This document shows positions 17,508-27,711 of a stretch of 64,000 nt of DNA, piece after piece. The translations under genes and the position numbers were made by a program. Position 1 is the first letter of the stretch, and every line of letters starts with the position of its first letter. Below the pieces are notes generated by a model. It made no database searches. It had not been told where the DNA came from and worked only from the letters and a program-made list of their open reading frames with translations. This DNA comes from a virus. Lineage: Duplodnaviria > Heunggongvirae > Uroviricota > Caudoviricetes. The DNA lies in the IMG/VR virus record IMGVR_UViG_3300029305_007758; one strand, given 5' to 3'.

Positions 17508-19721
17508 ATGCGTAAAGGACAAATTAAAATACTGGAACAAGCAAAGCAATACAATTTAATATCGGAACAAATGGCTATGTTATCAAAAGAAGACTTAACA
17601 CTTGATGAATTAGACGTCTTGTTAACATATTTTATATATCCAAAGGACATTAATCCAAAAGAATTAGTAAACGAAGCCGAGAAATGGGTCACATTTTTAC
17701 ATGAACATCGTAATGAATTCCCAAATACAGATGCGTACATTCGAGTGATGAGAGCATTGTTACGAAGTACTTGGACACTTTCCGATACATTAATTGGTAA
17801 CAAGAAAAAGATGCGTATTTATAAATGGTTTCTGTACTTGTATCGAAGATCTGTAAAAACAAATGAAGAATTTAACTGGGATTATTGGCGTGCATTTTAT
17901 GCGTATGAACATGCATTGTATGAAAATTTAACTGAGTGGCAGACATCTTTGTTTATACGAATTGAAGCAACAGATACTCATTATATTTGGCTGAATAATA
18001 TCTTTGAAAAATATCCAAGTATTTTGGATAACTTTTTACATGCTGAAAAAGATTCCTTATTATATTTCCTGTATCAAAAAGAAATCGTAGCAACATTTCA
18101 ACCAACAAAAGATGTATTAGACTCATTATATGATTATGATAACCATTGTTACAAATTTTCGTTTGATGAATTTGACACATATTTTATCAAACGAATCAAA
18201 GATTATCGTGGCGAATATGAATACAAAGAAAACTTTGATTTTCTTACAAAACAGGCTCTAAAATCTTATCCATTTGTAAATACAATCATTGATTATTGTG
18301 AACAAAATGGATTTACAAAAGATAAATACGTAAAAGGATATGTTACATATAAACAATCTGCATTAAAAGATCCATCGAATCAAGATAGAATTGATGCAGG
18401 CTATGCTGCATTAAGTCAAGGGTTTAATATAAATATTGATTCAACTTATTCAGAAGTTAATATTAGTAGTAAAGGATTTGTATCCATTATATACAATGAA
18501 TACAGTTCCATTTATGTTGGAGTGGATAAATCAAGCAAATGGAATGCTGTACCAAAGTCTGTTACAGTAAAACGAAGCCTTATGATTGCACCGGATGGAA
18601 GTTTGTATCGTAAAAATAAGTCTGGAAAAATATATCCCGTATCAATGAGTGAATTTATGTATTTATACAAACGAAACGATCTTGTTGGATACTTTGCAAA
18701 ATTAGTGCTTGATTATTGGGCTAAACAAAATCCGTTTTACAAAGATGTGTTCCAAGATTTTGAATCAGCCCACTGCACCATGCCATTATTGTTTAATGAA
18801 ATTCTGCAGTATCATAATCGTGCCGAGCTTCTTCGAAGCAAATACAAATTGGCAAATGAGCTTCATGTAAAATGGAATAAACAAAACATGATTCTTTCGT
18901 ACATGATTATCAAAGCATATAAAAAGGTTGAACCGGGAAAGAGTCAACAGATTTTGCTGCAGCAAAAAGATGAAAAAATACTTTGTGACAGTGTTTATGG
19001 TTTCAAAGTGAAGCAAAACATAGAGATTTTTTTAAGTAAATTGCTTAAAAAACTTACGATGCAAAGTAAATTCGTCAAAGAAACAGAGCGACAAATTAAT
19101 CAATTAAAAAAGAAGTATCAAAAAGAATTAGAAGACGAACTTAATACTTCAATGACACATGAAGAATTTGATGAATGGATTGAGGATCGTATCACTGATG
19201 AATTACAGTTAAATGATCTGAATCGTATTATTGAAGATTATTTAGATATGTGTCATCAAACTAAGGTGAAAATAAAGCTTGATGTAGGTTCCATTCGTCA
19301 ACTTATAAACATGCATGACAGATTTAATGAAAATCCAAATTATTATAGAGCACATACAAAAGAAGTTTCAGTACCGGATGATTCAAAGTTTAATGAATTA
19401 AGAGAACTACTGCCAAAAGAATTTGAATGGATTAAGACTCGTAAACGTTTAATTTTAGAAACAGAATTTCAGCATCATTGTGTATGGCGCTATGCAAATG
19501 GTATCACAAAAGATCGTTGTGCCATTTATTCATTTGTTAACAGTGAGGAAAATGGAACAAAAAAACGTTATACCATTGAATTTAGAGTCAATAAAAAGGG
19601 TGAATATGTTATTAATCAGGTACAAGGTCGATACAATCGTAGCAATACGGAATATATCAAATCCTACATTGAAGACGTTTTGAAAGAATCGTACGAAAAC
19701 AAATTTAGTCTCGGAGCTTAA
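17508..19721 (+). CDS. large hypothetical protein (737 aa)
   Basis: Long uninterrupted ORF. Motif-B promoter at 17462..17476. No recognisable domain. Confidence 0.7.
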   Translation: MRKGQIKILEQAKQYNLISEQMAMLSKEDLTLDELDVLLTYFIYPKDINPKELVNEAEKWVTFLHEHRNEFPNTDAYIRVMRALLRSTWTLSDTLIGNKKKMRIYKWFLYLYRRSVKTNEEFNWDYWRAFYAYEHALYENLTEWQTSLFIRIEATDTHYIWLNNIFEKYPSILDNFLHAEKDSLLYFLYQKEIVATFQPTKDVLDSLYDYDNHCYKFSFDEFDTYFIKRIKDYRGEYEYKENFDFLTKQALKSYPFVNTIIDYCEQNGFTKDKYVKGYVTYKQSALKDPSNQDRIDAGYAALSQGFNINIDSTYSEVNISSKGFVSIIYNEYSSIYVGVDKSSKWNAVPKSVTVKRSLMIAPDGSLYRKNKSGKIYPVSMSEFMYLYKRNDLVGYFAKLVLDYWAKQNPFYKDVFQDFESAHCTMPLLFNEILQYHNRAELLRSKYKLANELHVKWNKQNMILSYMIIKAYKKVEPGKSQQILLQQKDEKILCDSVYGFKVKQNIEIFLSKLLKKLTMQSKFVKETERQINQLKKKYQKELEDELNTSMTHEEFDEWIEDRITDELQLNDLNRIIEDYLDMCHQTKVKIKLDVGSIRQLINMHDRFNENPNYYRAHTKEVSVPDDSKFNELRELLPKEFEWIKTRKRLILETEFQHHCVWRYANGITKDRCAIYSFVNSEENGTKKRYTIEFRVNKKGEYVINQVQGRYNRSNTEYIKSYIEDVLKESYENKFSLGA

Positions 19722-19751
19722 TGGCTCCGGGATTTTTGTTTTGTAAAATTT

Positions 19752-19768
19752 GTGACCATATTTATTTA
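19752..19768 (+). promoter_or_regulatory. motif-B promoter-like element
   Basis: tgtgaccatatttattt, upstream of 19800. Confidence 0.5.
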
Positions 19769-19799
19769 TGAATAATAAATATGATTGTGAGGTTCTTAT

Positions 19800-21167
19800 A
19801 TGTCAACAAAAGCAAATGTTAAAAATAACGCAGTAGCACCGGCTCCAAATTCAATTATTTTATCAAAAAATCATTATCTCAACTTAGATCGTAGCATTAG
19901 TGGTTTAAATAGTAATGTTTTAGCAATTGGTTCTGCCGGGACTGGGAAATCGTACGCATTTGTTCGTCCAAATTTAAAACAAATGAATGGAAATTATGTT
20001 GTTACAGATTGTCGTAATGAATTATATAAGTATGTGGCAGATGATTTCAAGAAAAAAGGATATAAAGTTGAAATAATTGATTTCAAAAATGTAAGCGGTG
20101 CACATTACAATCCATTCCAATATTTGAATACAGAATCAATTGATACAATAAGTCATGATATTAAAGAGATTGTAGATATTATTATTACTGAAACAGAACT
20201 AAGAAATATAACAGCTCAAAAAGATACTGAATCAGATTCATATTTAACCAATTTCGAAAAGGTTATTTTAGAAATTCTTATGCTTCATACATATGTACAA
20301 CATGGAACATCTGCATCATTCGTATCTTTGATTCAAACTTTGAAACGATTGGCTGATGCGGAAGATCTTTATGCAGAATATAAATTGTTGCTTGATGAAA
20401 TTGAAGCAAAATATCCTTGTTCACAGATTGGAAAAACAGCATCAGAAAAACATGCATATGTAACAGTTGCTAATCTATCATTTAAAAATGTAATTGTTTC
20501 TTTAGCTGTACGATTAACGCCGTTTCAGTATTATTATGTAGACAAAAATCATGCTAGAAAAACACGAGACGAATTAGATTTGAAGCAGTTATTAACAAAG
20601 AAATATGCATTGTTTATTAATTTCTCTGATTACGATTTGATGATGCGTCCACTTGAAGCAGTATTGATGTATCAGATTATTCGAGTATTAATGACTGGCG
20701 GTAAGAATAATATGCCAGTACAGTTTGTTTTGGATGAGTTTTCAAACTTTGGTGAAATTCCTGATTTTGACAAAGTGATGTCTGTTTCAAGCTTTTATAA
20801 TATGTCATTTTTAGTTATGATTCAGAGCTTTGAGCAATTAAAACATGTATACAAAGAGAAGTTTGCAACAATTATGAATTGTTTTGATACTATTGTAAAT
20901 TTTGGCATATTTAGCCTTTATGATATAGATTATTTGCTTAAGCTATATGGAAATGAAATAATTGTTCCAGAACCATCACAAAAGTTAACACTAGGTATGA
21001 AACTTCGTTTATGGTTGAAAGAGAAAATAGTTGGAACAGAAAATATGCATTATGTTCGTGCTTTTAGAGCCGAGGAGTTACGACAAATGGATATGAAATA
21101 TTGTATCGTTTCCAAACGTGGCGAAAAACCGGTATTAGATGAAAAATATTGGCCAGATAAAAAATAG
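19800..21167 (+). CDS. VirD4/TraG-like (type IV coupling protein-type) P-loop ATPase domain protein, no TM anchor
   Basis: Walker A GSAGTGKS followed by NYVVTDCRNELY, and Walker B FVLDEFSNFG. These match the TraG/VirD4 signature. Confidence 0.5.
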   Translation: MSTKANVKNNAVAPAPNSIILSKNHYLNLDRSISGLNSNVLAIGSAGTGKSYAFVRPNLKQMNGNYVVTDCRNELYKYVADDFKKKGYKVEIIDFKNVSGAHYNPFQYLNTESIDTISHDIKEIVDIIITETELRNITAQKDTESDSYLTNFEKVILEILMLHTYVQHGTSASFVSLIQTLKRLADAEDLYAEYKLLLDEIEAKYPCSQIGKTASEKHAYVTVANLSFKNVIVSLAVRLTPFQYYYVDKNHARKTRDELDLKQLLTKKYALFINFSDYDLMMRPLEAVLMYQIIRVLMTGGKNNMPVQFVLDEFSNFGEIPDFDKVMSVSSFYNMSFLVMIQSFEQLKHVYKEKFATIMNCFDTIVNFGIFSLYDIDYLLKLYGNEIIVPEPSQKLTLGMKLRLWLKEKIVGTENMHYVRAFRAEELRQMDMKYCIVSKRGEKPVLDEKYWPDKK

Positions 21168-21275
21168 AATAACAAAAAGATTTTAGACAAAACGAAGTGA
21201 TTGTTATGAAATTACTTCGTTTTTCTTTTATTTGAACCTTATATATGTAATAAATAATGAAAGGTTGGACAAATA

Positions 21276-21692
21276 ATGCATAACAAAATCATTAAAGCAA
21301 TACTTGGTGGTATCATTATGTTTGGTGTATTAACGGGTTGTGGTAACGATAATGTGCCTGAAACAGAGGTTATTGAAACGGAAATTATTGACACAAATAA
21401 TATTGCAGAAAATGCTTGTCTTTCTTCAGTAACAGATGGCACAAACCTTGTTGTTGGAGAGGAATATTTGGTCATAGATGTTGAGCGCAACCATAATTAT
21501 TTTATCTTTTTATATTTAGAAAAAGATAAAGAACGATTCGCTGTGAAACTTGACATTAGTAATCCAGAGATTAATTCACTTTTTAAAACTGGTTACTCTC
21601 CAGTAACATTATCTGCCATTTATCCGGGTGATTATATAAAATATTTAGGTGACAGTAATTTTGAATGGATACCAAAGTATTGTGAGGAGTAA
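21276..21692 (+). CDS. putative lipoprotein
   Basis: Signal peptide with VLTGC lipobox. Confidence 0.6.
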   Translation: MHNKIIKAILGGIIMFGVLTGCGNDNVPETEVIETEIIDTNNIAENACLSSVTDGTNLVVGEEYLVIDVERNHNYFIFLYLEKDKERFAVKLDISNPEINSLFKTGYSPVTLSAIYPGDYIKYLGDSNFEWIPKYCEE

Positions 21693-21697
21693 ATATT

Positions 21698-22159
21698 ATG
21701 GCAGCAACAATCATTACAATTATTGCATCAATTTTAGCATATCAGTTATTAACAACACTTATCTTTATTATTTCTGATGAAAACGACGATGTATTAGTGA
21801 TGTTTGCATGTGGACCATGGAAATATGTAGCAATGTTTATTTGTACCGTTATTGGCCGAATCAGATTAAGCATGTATCGGAAATATAATGTATATGCATT
21901 TTATGGTAAATATAGCGAAAACAAACTTAAACATTGGCTTACAAATTACTACATGACACCAGAAGTAGCAGCACAGTTTAAACAAGTTGCAAAAGACGAT
22001 GTGCCGGTAGATTATTGCATCAGATTAATTCGCGTCGGTAAAGAATTCAAAAGCATTCCAATGAAAGAAGAAATACTGACGCAAGAGAAGATTGATGCAG
22101 GAGTACCTGGCATGAGTTCTGAGTTTTTCAAGAAATTTATGAAACAAGAAGGTGAATAG
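21698..22159 (+). CDS. membrane protein
   Basis: Two TM helices. Confidence 0.5.
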   Translation: MAATIITIIASILAYQLLTTLIFIISDENDDVLVMFACGPWKYVAMFICTVIGRIRLSMYRKYNVYAFYGKYSENKLKHWLTNYYMTPEVAAQFKQVAKDDVPVDYCIRLIRVGKEFKSIPMKEEILTQEKIDAGVPGMSSEFFKKFMKQEGE

Positions 22160-22160
22160 A

Positions 22161-22637
22161 ATGGCGATTATTTATGACACAAACAAAAAGATTTTAAGTC
22201 AAAACACGTTACAACATATAAAACTGGATGCAATGCGAGAAATACTACCAAAAGAAATGGTAATTATCGATCCAGAATCAGAATATGAAAATCTTGCAAA
22301 ACAACTTGGTGGAGAAATGATTCGTTTGGAAAAAGTAACACCGAGTCATATTAATCCTTTAGACAGTGAAGTGAAAAATATAAAAAAGTATATTTGCAAA
22401 GAAGATTTTATTATTAATGATGTTTTTGTTGGTCATAAAGGTGATGTATTAAAAGTAACTGATGCAACACCAAATGAAAACGAAACAACAGAAGATGTTG
22501 CTGGATATTGTGACATTTTAAATATTACAACAAATGAACAATTTGAAGCAACATGGATGGATATTGATGAAACAATATTAGTCACATCTGTTTTTGATGC
22601 ACTTGATGAATTTTCAACCATTAGAATGGAGCAATAA
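22161..22637 (+). CDS. hypothetical protein
   Basis: GAAGGTG RBS before ATG 22161. Confidence 0.45.
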   Translation: MAIIYDTNKKILSQNTLQHIKLDAMREILPKEMVIIDPESEYENLAKQLGGEMIRLEKVTPSHINPLDSEVKNIKKYICKEDFIINDVFVGHKGDVLKVTDATPNENETTEDVAGYCDILNITTNEQFEATWMDIDETILVTSVFDALDEFSTIRMEQ

Positions 22638-22639
22638 CC

Positions 22640-23014
22640 ATGAGTTTAGTTGGATTTTTGGCACCGGATGGCACATGGTCAGAATGTGAATGTTTCGGAC
22701 ATATGAGTTTTGCAAAAATAATTGCAAAAGCACGATACGATAAAGTTTTTGATAGTGGATATGATGCAGAACGATTTTTGTATGAAAACGGATATGTAGG
22801 GCTTTATGCACGTAATGCCGGACATACTTGGCTCAGTGAAGTTGATAAACGCATTATTACATTAACAGATGAACAACGAGACTTTATTATTACGCATTTA
22901 GAAGATGCAAACAATGATGACCAAAAGAAGTCTATGTTAGAAATGTTAGAATGGGACGATGCTTACAGAGAAGAAAGCATCTTGCATCATTATGAGACTG
23001 GAATCGGAGAATAA
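22640..23014 (+). CDS. hypothetical protein
   Basis: GGAG RBS. Confidence 0.5.
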   Translation: MSLVGFLAPDGTWSECECFGHMSFAKIIAKARYDKVFDSGYDAERFLYENGYVGLYARNAGHTWLSEVDKRIITLTDEQRDFIITHLEDANNDDQKKSMLEMLEWDDAYREESILHHYETGIGE

Positions 23015-23165
23015 AGATATATTCACTTGGATTCACATTGATGGAGATTCGAGAAGAATTTGCAACAGAATTAGACCATGATGATTTTGAAAGATAGTAA
23101 ACATTATTGAAACAAAACGCTATGTAGCAATATGTTATGCAGCGTTTTCTTTTGCACAAAATAAG

Positions 23166-23177
23166 AACCATATTTAT
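23166..23177 (+). promoter_or_regulatory. motif-B promoter-like element
   Basis: aaccatatttat, upstream of 23206. Confidence 0.5.
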
Positions 23178-23205
23178 CATTAAGCAAATGCGCAGGATAT
23201 AATTT

Positions 23206-24294
23206 ATGATTAAGAAGATTGACAAAAAAAATAAATTTGTTTCTGTATTTGATCCAGATACAGGCTTTTATATGAGAAGCGGTGTGATTGAAAATGGGAG
23301 CGACACAGGCATTGATCCTTTTATGACATCTTTTCCGGAACTACTTGATATCGGAATAATGGGACACTGCACGCATGGAGCAAAGGGTTTATGTATTAAA
23401 TCGGGTGTTCAATGTTATCAGGATGGATTACACACAAATGCTCCGAATATGTCTTTTAAAAATTTCAAAAGAATCGTAGATGAATGTAAAGGAAAAACAT
23501 TTCAATTCGCTCTTGGTGGCAGAGGGGATGTTGACCAGCATGAAGATTTTGAGGATATTCTTAAATACTGTAGAGCAAATAATATCGTGCCAAACTTTAC
23601 ATCTTCCGGTTTGGGGTTTACAGATGAAATCGTTTCACTTTGCAAAGAATTCTGTGGCGCAGTTGCAATTAGCTGGTATCGTCAAGACCATACCTATAGG
23701 GCGATTCAGATGTTACTTAATGCAGGTGTTAAAACGAATATCCATTATGTGTTAGGTAACAATTCTATTGATGAGGCAATTGAAAGATTAAAAAATAACG
23801 ATTTTCCGAAGGGTATCAATGCAATTATATTTTTGCTTCACAAACCTGTTGGATTGGGTCAAGAAAACAATGTATTGAATATTAATGATGAAAGAGTGAA
23901 AGAGTTCTTCAAAATTATTGATACCTATCAGTTTGATTTTAAGATTGGGTTTGATTCCTGTACAGTTCCGGCACTTGTTAATATGACATCTACAATTGAT
24001 AAAAATAGCTTTGATACTTGTGAAGGTGGACGCTGGTCGGCATACATTACATCTGATATGAAAATGTTACCGTGTAGTTTTGATAATCAAGATATGAAAT
24101 GGGCATATGATATTTCGAATGATACGATACAAAATGCTTGGAACAGTAATCAGTTTGAAGACTTTCGTAATTATTTTAGAAACTCTTGTAAAAAATGCGA
24201 CAAGCAAAATGAATGTATGGGTGGATGTCCGATTAGACGACAAATTGTTTTATGTAACAGAAAGGAGAAATCTTTGTATGAAGGTGCGAAATGA
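23206..24294 (+). CDS. Cys-rich protein with SPASM-like C-terminal motif; possible non-canonical radical-SAM/Fe-S enzyme
   Basis: CTHGAKGLC..C and FALGGRGD near the N-terminus. C-terminal CKKCDKQNECMGGCP. No canonical CxxxCxxC. Confidence 0.3.
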   Translation: MIKKIDKKNKFVSVFDPDTGFYMRSGVIENGSDTGIDPFMTSFPELLDIGIMGHCTHGAKGLCIKSGVQCYQDGLHTNAPNMSFKNFKRIVDECKGKTFQFALGGRGDVDQHEDFEDILKYCRANNIVPNFTSSGLGFTDEIVSLCKEFCGAVAISWYRQDHTYRAIQMLLNAGVKTNIHYVLGNNSIDEAIERLKNNDFPKGINAIIFLLHKPVGLGQENNVLNINDERVKEFFKIIDTYQFDFKIGFDSCTVPALVNMTSTIDKNSFDTCEGGRWSAYITSDMKMLPCSFDNQDMKWAYDISNDTIQNAWNSNQFEDFRNYFRNSCKKCDKQNECMGGCPIRRQIVLCNRKEKSLYEGAK

Positions 24295-24637
24295 TTTTGT
24301 AACAAATAGTAGTTCTTCAAGTTTTATCATTAGTAAACGAAACTTGACAGAAGCACAAATCGAAGCGATTCACAGACATTGGGAACTCGCTACGAAAATG
24401 GGAATGGTTGATACAAAATGGGATACTCCGTGGAGTATTGAAGAAAATGATCAATTCATTACTGGATACGTATTTATGGATAACTTTAGTATGAATGATT
24501 TTCTAAAGAGAATAAATGTGAACGAAAATTATGTAACATGGGACGAATATGAATTTGATTTATCCTCGTATGAAGAATCAAAAGAAGAATTCGAAGATGA
24601 TGAATATGACTGGGAAGATTTGTTACGTGAAGATTAG
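24278..24637 (+). CDS. hypothetical acidic protein
   Basis: AAAGGAGA RBS. Overlaps the upstream gene by 17 nt. Confidence 0.45.
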   Translation: MKVRNDFVTNSSSSSFIISKRNLTEAQIEAIHRHWELATKMGMVDTKWDTPWSIEENDQFITGYVFMDNFSMNDFLKRINVNENYVTWDEYEFDLSSYEESKEEFEDDEYDWEDLLRED

Positions 24638-24692
24638 AATTAATTGGAGGATTAAAATATGGGAAATTAATTAGAGGGTTAAAATATGAGAA
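24638..24692 (+). repeat. 27 bp tandem direct repeat (2 copies), each with an RBS-like GGAGG/GAGGG plus ATG
   Basis: aattaattggaggattaaaatatggga / aattaattagagggttaaaatatgaga. Confidence 0.5.
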
Positions 24693-24737
24693 AACATGGT
24701 GATGTCCATTGTTTAAAATAAGTGATGCAAATATCAA

Positions 24738-24769
24738 GAGCCGGTCTTAAATGAGACCGGTTTAATTTT
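24738..24769 (+). terminator. Rho-independent terminator
   Basis: ccggtct taaatg agaccgg followed by tttaatttt. Confidence 0.6.
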
Positions 24770-24846
24770 GTGTATCATTTATTTCATATACCATATTTAT
24801 TATAGAAGAAATTATGATATAATTGAATAAAAGGAGAGTGGACAAT

Positions 24847-25179
24847 ATGTCATTTGAATTAAATGTTATTTTAGATGAAAAAACATCAAATGCACGGCGT
24901 AAAGAGTATCTTGTAAAAAATGGGGAGAAACTGATGTACCTGTTTCGGATTATAACTCCACCACGAGGAATGGAAGACTTATCTCCAAGTTACAAATTTG
25001 AACCGGTGCTTAGTATTGGATTAGTTCCGGACATTTCACGGGTCAATAATGAGTTGTATATTTTTTATGAAGAAAATAAACTTGCATCAATGATTCGTGA
25101 TGAAAATATTGATCAATTTATTGAAGATACTGCATTTGCAAAAGAAGCAGTAAAATATATTATTGAAAATATACTGTAA
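24847..25179 (+). CDS. hypothetical protein
   Basis: AAGGAGAG RBS. Motif B at about 24790. Confidence 0.5.
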   Translation: MSFELNVILDEKTSNARRKEYLVKNGEKLMYLFRIITPPRGMEDLSPSYKFEPVLSIGLVPDISRVNNELYIFYEENKLASMIRDENIDQFIEDTAFAKEAVKYIIENIL

Positions 25180-25280
25180 CAAAACGAACGCTACCTATAT
25201 TAATGGGTAGTGTTTTTTTTTATTCATAAAAGTATTACATACCATATTTATACTGAAAAAAACAATTGGAGGTATAAATT

Positions 25281-25388
25281 ATGGCAACAATTAATGAATT
25301 AATTTCAGCTATCGCATCACGTAATTTTGAATTAGATTGTATTGATGAACAGTTTGATGGATATGATTTCAAACCAGGAGAAGATTAA
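25281..25388 (+). CDS. small protein (35 aa)
   Basis: GGAGG RBS 7 nt upstream. Motif B at about 25240. Hairpin terminator after the stop. Hand-translated. Confidence 0.4.
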   Translation: MATINELISAIASRNFELDCIDEQFDGYDFKPGED

Positions 25389-25484
25389 AACAATTACGCT
25401 ACGCGATCAATATGTTGCGTAGCTTTTGTTTTGCGCAAAATCAAACCATATTTAATGAAACAAATAAACTTGGAGGTTTAGAAC

Positions 25485-26495
25485 ATGGGTAGACATGGTG
25501 GTGGATCCAGAAGTGGTGGCAGCAGTAGAAGCAGCTCCAGAAGCTCTGGTGGTAGCAGAAATGGTGGTAATAGTGGACCAAGTATAAAAAATTCAACAAC
25601 ACCGTTTAGAGGGTGTTATAATCGTACCTATTATGATACACATGGTAATTGTCACGATTATTATACAAATGATAAAACATTTGGGACCCAAAAAGGTTGG
25701 AGTCCAGTTGTTTTATTTTCGTTACTGTTTGTAACTATACATATGTTAATAATGGTGTGTGCTTTTGGTTCATCATTTATTATATTTGGTAGTAAAGTAA
25801 ATGGTGACATTAATCGTATCATGATTATTGACAATGCAAATATAATGACACCATATGAAGAAGAAAAAACAATGCAATTGTTACATCAAGTGTATGACAA
25901 ATCAGGCATGCCTGTAACAATTTATACTGATTCATATGATTGGAAGTATCATTATAATAACTTGGAAACATATTCTGAAGAATTATATTATAGTATCGGA
26001 TATGATGAAGATGCAATGATTATTTTGTTTACAGCAGAAAATATAGACGGATTTTATGATTGGGAATATGATATGTATCTTGGTGATGATACATATGATT
26101 GTATGTCTGACGCAACATTTGATAAATTGCTTAATAGTTTTCAAAAAGGGATGTCGAATCAAAATTTATATGAAGCATTAAATTATTCATGGAATTTTGT
26201 AATAGATGATTTGGCAGAAACAGAAATTAACTGGAATGGTGTTCCGTTTATTATTATGATATTTGCTTTTTATTCTATCTTTTATGTAAGTATTTTAAAA
26301 GATGTTAGAAAAAAGAATCAAGCATATAAATATTTCCAAAGTAATCCGGATAAATTATCAAATGAACCGATGACATTGTATAGTAAATGCCCATCTTGTA
26401 ATGCACCTAATACAACACAATCTGAGATATGTGCGTATTGCGGAACATTACTTAAGATAAGTGATTCAAAGGTTCAATTTGTGGACCCTAAATAA
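25485..26495 (+). CDS. membrane protein with Gly/Ser-rich N-terminus and C-terminal zinc ribbon
   Basis: GGAGG RBS. TM helices. CPSCN..CAYCG. Confidence 0.6.
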   Translation: MGRHGGGSRSGGSSRSSSRSSGGSRNGGNSGPSIKNSTTPFRGCYNRTYYDTHGNCHDYYTNDKTFGTQKGWSPVVLFSLLFVTIHMLIMVCAFGSSFIIFGSKVNGDINRIMIIDNANIMTPYEEEKTMQLLHQVYDKSGMPVTIYTDSYDWKYHYNNLETYSEELYYSIGYDEDAMIILFTAENIDGFYDWEYDMYLGDDTYDCMSDATFDKLLNSFQKGMSNQNLYEALNYSWNFVIDDLAETEINWNGVPFIIMIFAFYSIFYVSILKDVRKKNQAYKYFQSNPDKLSNEPMTLYSKCPSCNAPNTTQSEICAYCGTLLKISDSKVQFVDPK

Positions 26496-26626
26496 GTATA
26501 ACAAATAGAGATACTACATGACTTTTTGTCTTGTAGTATTTTTTTTGTATAATTCACTTCGTTTTTTTGTAAATTGATCCTTATATTATTATGAATCAAA
26601 TTGATAAACATTAATAGGAGAAAAAA

Positions 26627-27013
26627 ATGAATGGAATAAATATTTTAGAAACAATTGAACTTGTAACAAGACCTTATGAAATGACTGGATTAATGATATC
26701 ATTTGTTGTAACATTATTTGTTTTTGCTGCATTAGGCATCATTATAGGTAAGAATGATATTGCAAAAGAAAATGGAGAAGAAAAACCTTTTGTTATATCA
26801 AAGAAAATGTGGATTGTTGGCATTATTGCATTTGTGTTTTTTAATGTTGCATGTTTCTTTGTTTCAATTTATTCAGAACCAACTGGCGAACATGAATACA
26901 TTTGTACATTAGATAATACTGTAACAGTAAATGAATTTTTAGAACATTATGAAATCTTAGAAATTGAAACAAATAAGAATGGTGTAACTAAGTATAGAAT
27001 TAAGGAGAAATAG
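26627..27013 (+). CDS. membrane protein
   Basis: AGGAGA RBS. Motif A-like at about 26560. Confidence 0.5.
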   Translation: MNGINILETIELVTRPYEMTGLMISFVVTLFVFAALGIIIGKNDIAKENGEEKPFVISKKMWIVGIIAFVFFNVACFFVSIYSEPTGEHEYICTLDNTVTVNEFLEHYEILEIETNKNGVTKYRIKEK

Positions 27014-27015
27014 TG

Positions 27016-27711
27016 ATGTCTCAATTTTTTATTACAGGTGATACTCATGGCAACTTTGAACACATTGAGTATTTCTGTACGGAAAATAAAACAACTAAAG
27101 ATGATGTGCTTATTATTTTAGGTGATGTATGCATCAATTATTACTGTGACAGACGTGATTATCGAATGAAACAGTATTTACAGTCATTGCCTATTACATT
27201 ATTTTGTATTCATGGTAATCATGAAGAACGACCATTCAATATTCCTTCGTACCAAGAAAAAGAATGGCACGGTGGTATTGTGTACGTAGAAGATGAGTTT
27301 CCAAATCTTTTGTTTGCAAAAGATGGTGAAATCTATAATATTGCAGACAAGAAAACAATCGCAATCGGTGGTGCTTATAGCGTTGATAAATCGGTCCGTT
27401 TATTACGTGGATACAAATGGTTTCCGGATGAACAGCCATCCGATACAATCAAATCGTATGTAGAAGCTCAGCTTGATACAGTAAATTGGAACGTTGATGT
27501 TGTGTTATCACATACTTGTCCAATGAAATACGAGCCAGTGGAAGTATTCTTGCCATTTGTGGATCAAAGTACAGTTGATAAGAGCACTGAAGAGTGGCTT
27601 GATGAAATTGAAGATAATTTGACGTATAAAAAGTGGTATTGTGGCCACTTTCATACGAAAAAAGTGATTGATGCTGTTGAATTTATGTTTACGAATTGGA
27701 AGGAGTTTTAA
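27016..27711 (+). CDS. calcineurin-like metallophosphoesterase (second copy)
   Basis: GDTHGN, LGDV, HGNHE motifs. Confidence 0.7.
   Translation: MSQFFITGDTHGNFEHIEYFCTENKTTKDDVLIILGDVCINYYCDRRDYRMKQYLQSLPITLFCIHGNHEERPFNIPSYQEKEWHGGIVYVEDEFPNLLFAKDGEIYNIADKKTIAIGGAYSVDKSVRLLRGYKWFPDEQPSDTIKSYVEAQLDTVNWNVDVVLSHTCPMKYEPVEVFLPFVDQSTVDKSTEEWLDEIEDNLTYKKWYCGHFHTKKVIDAVEFMFTNWKEF

Noticed and set aside
23206-24294. Confident radical-SAM call for the Cys-rich protein
   Set aside because: It lacks CxxxCxxC. It is kept only as a low-confidence SPASM-like Fe-S candidate.
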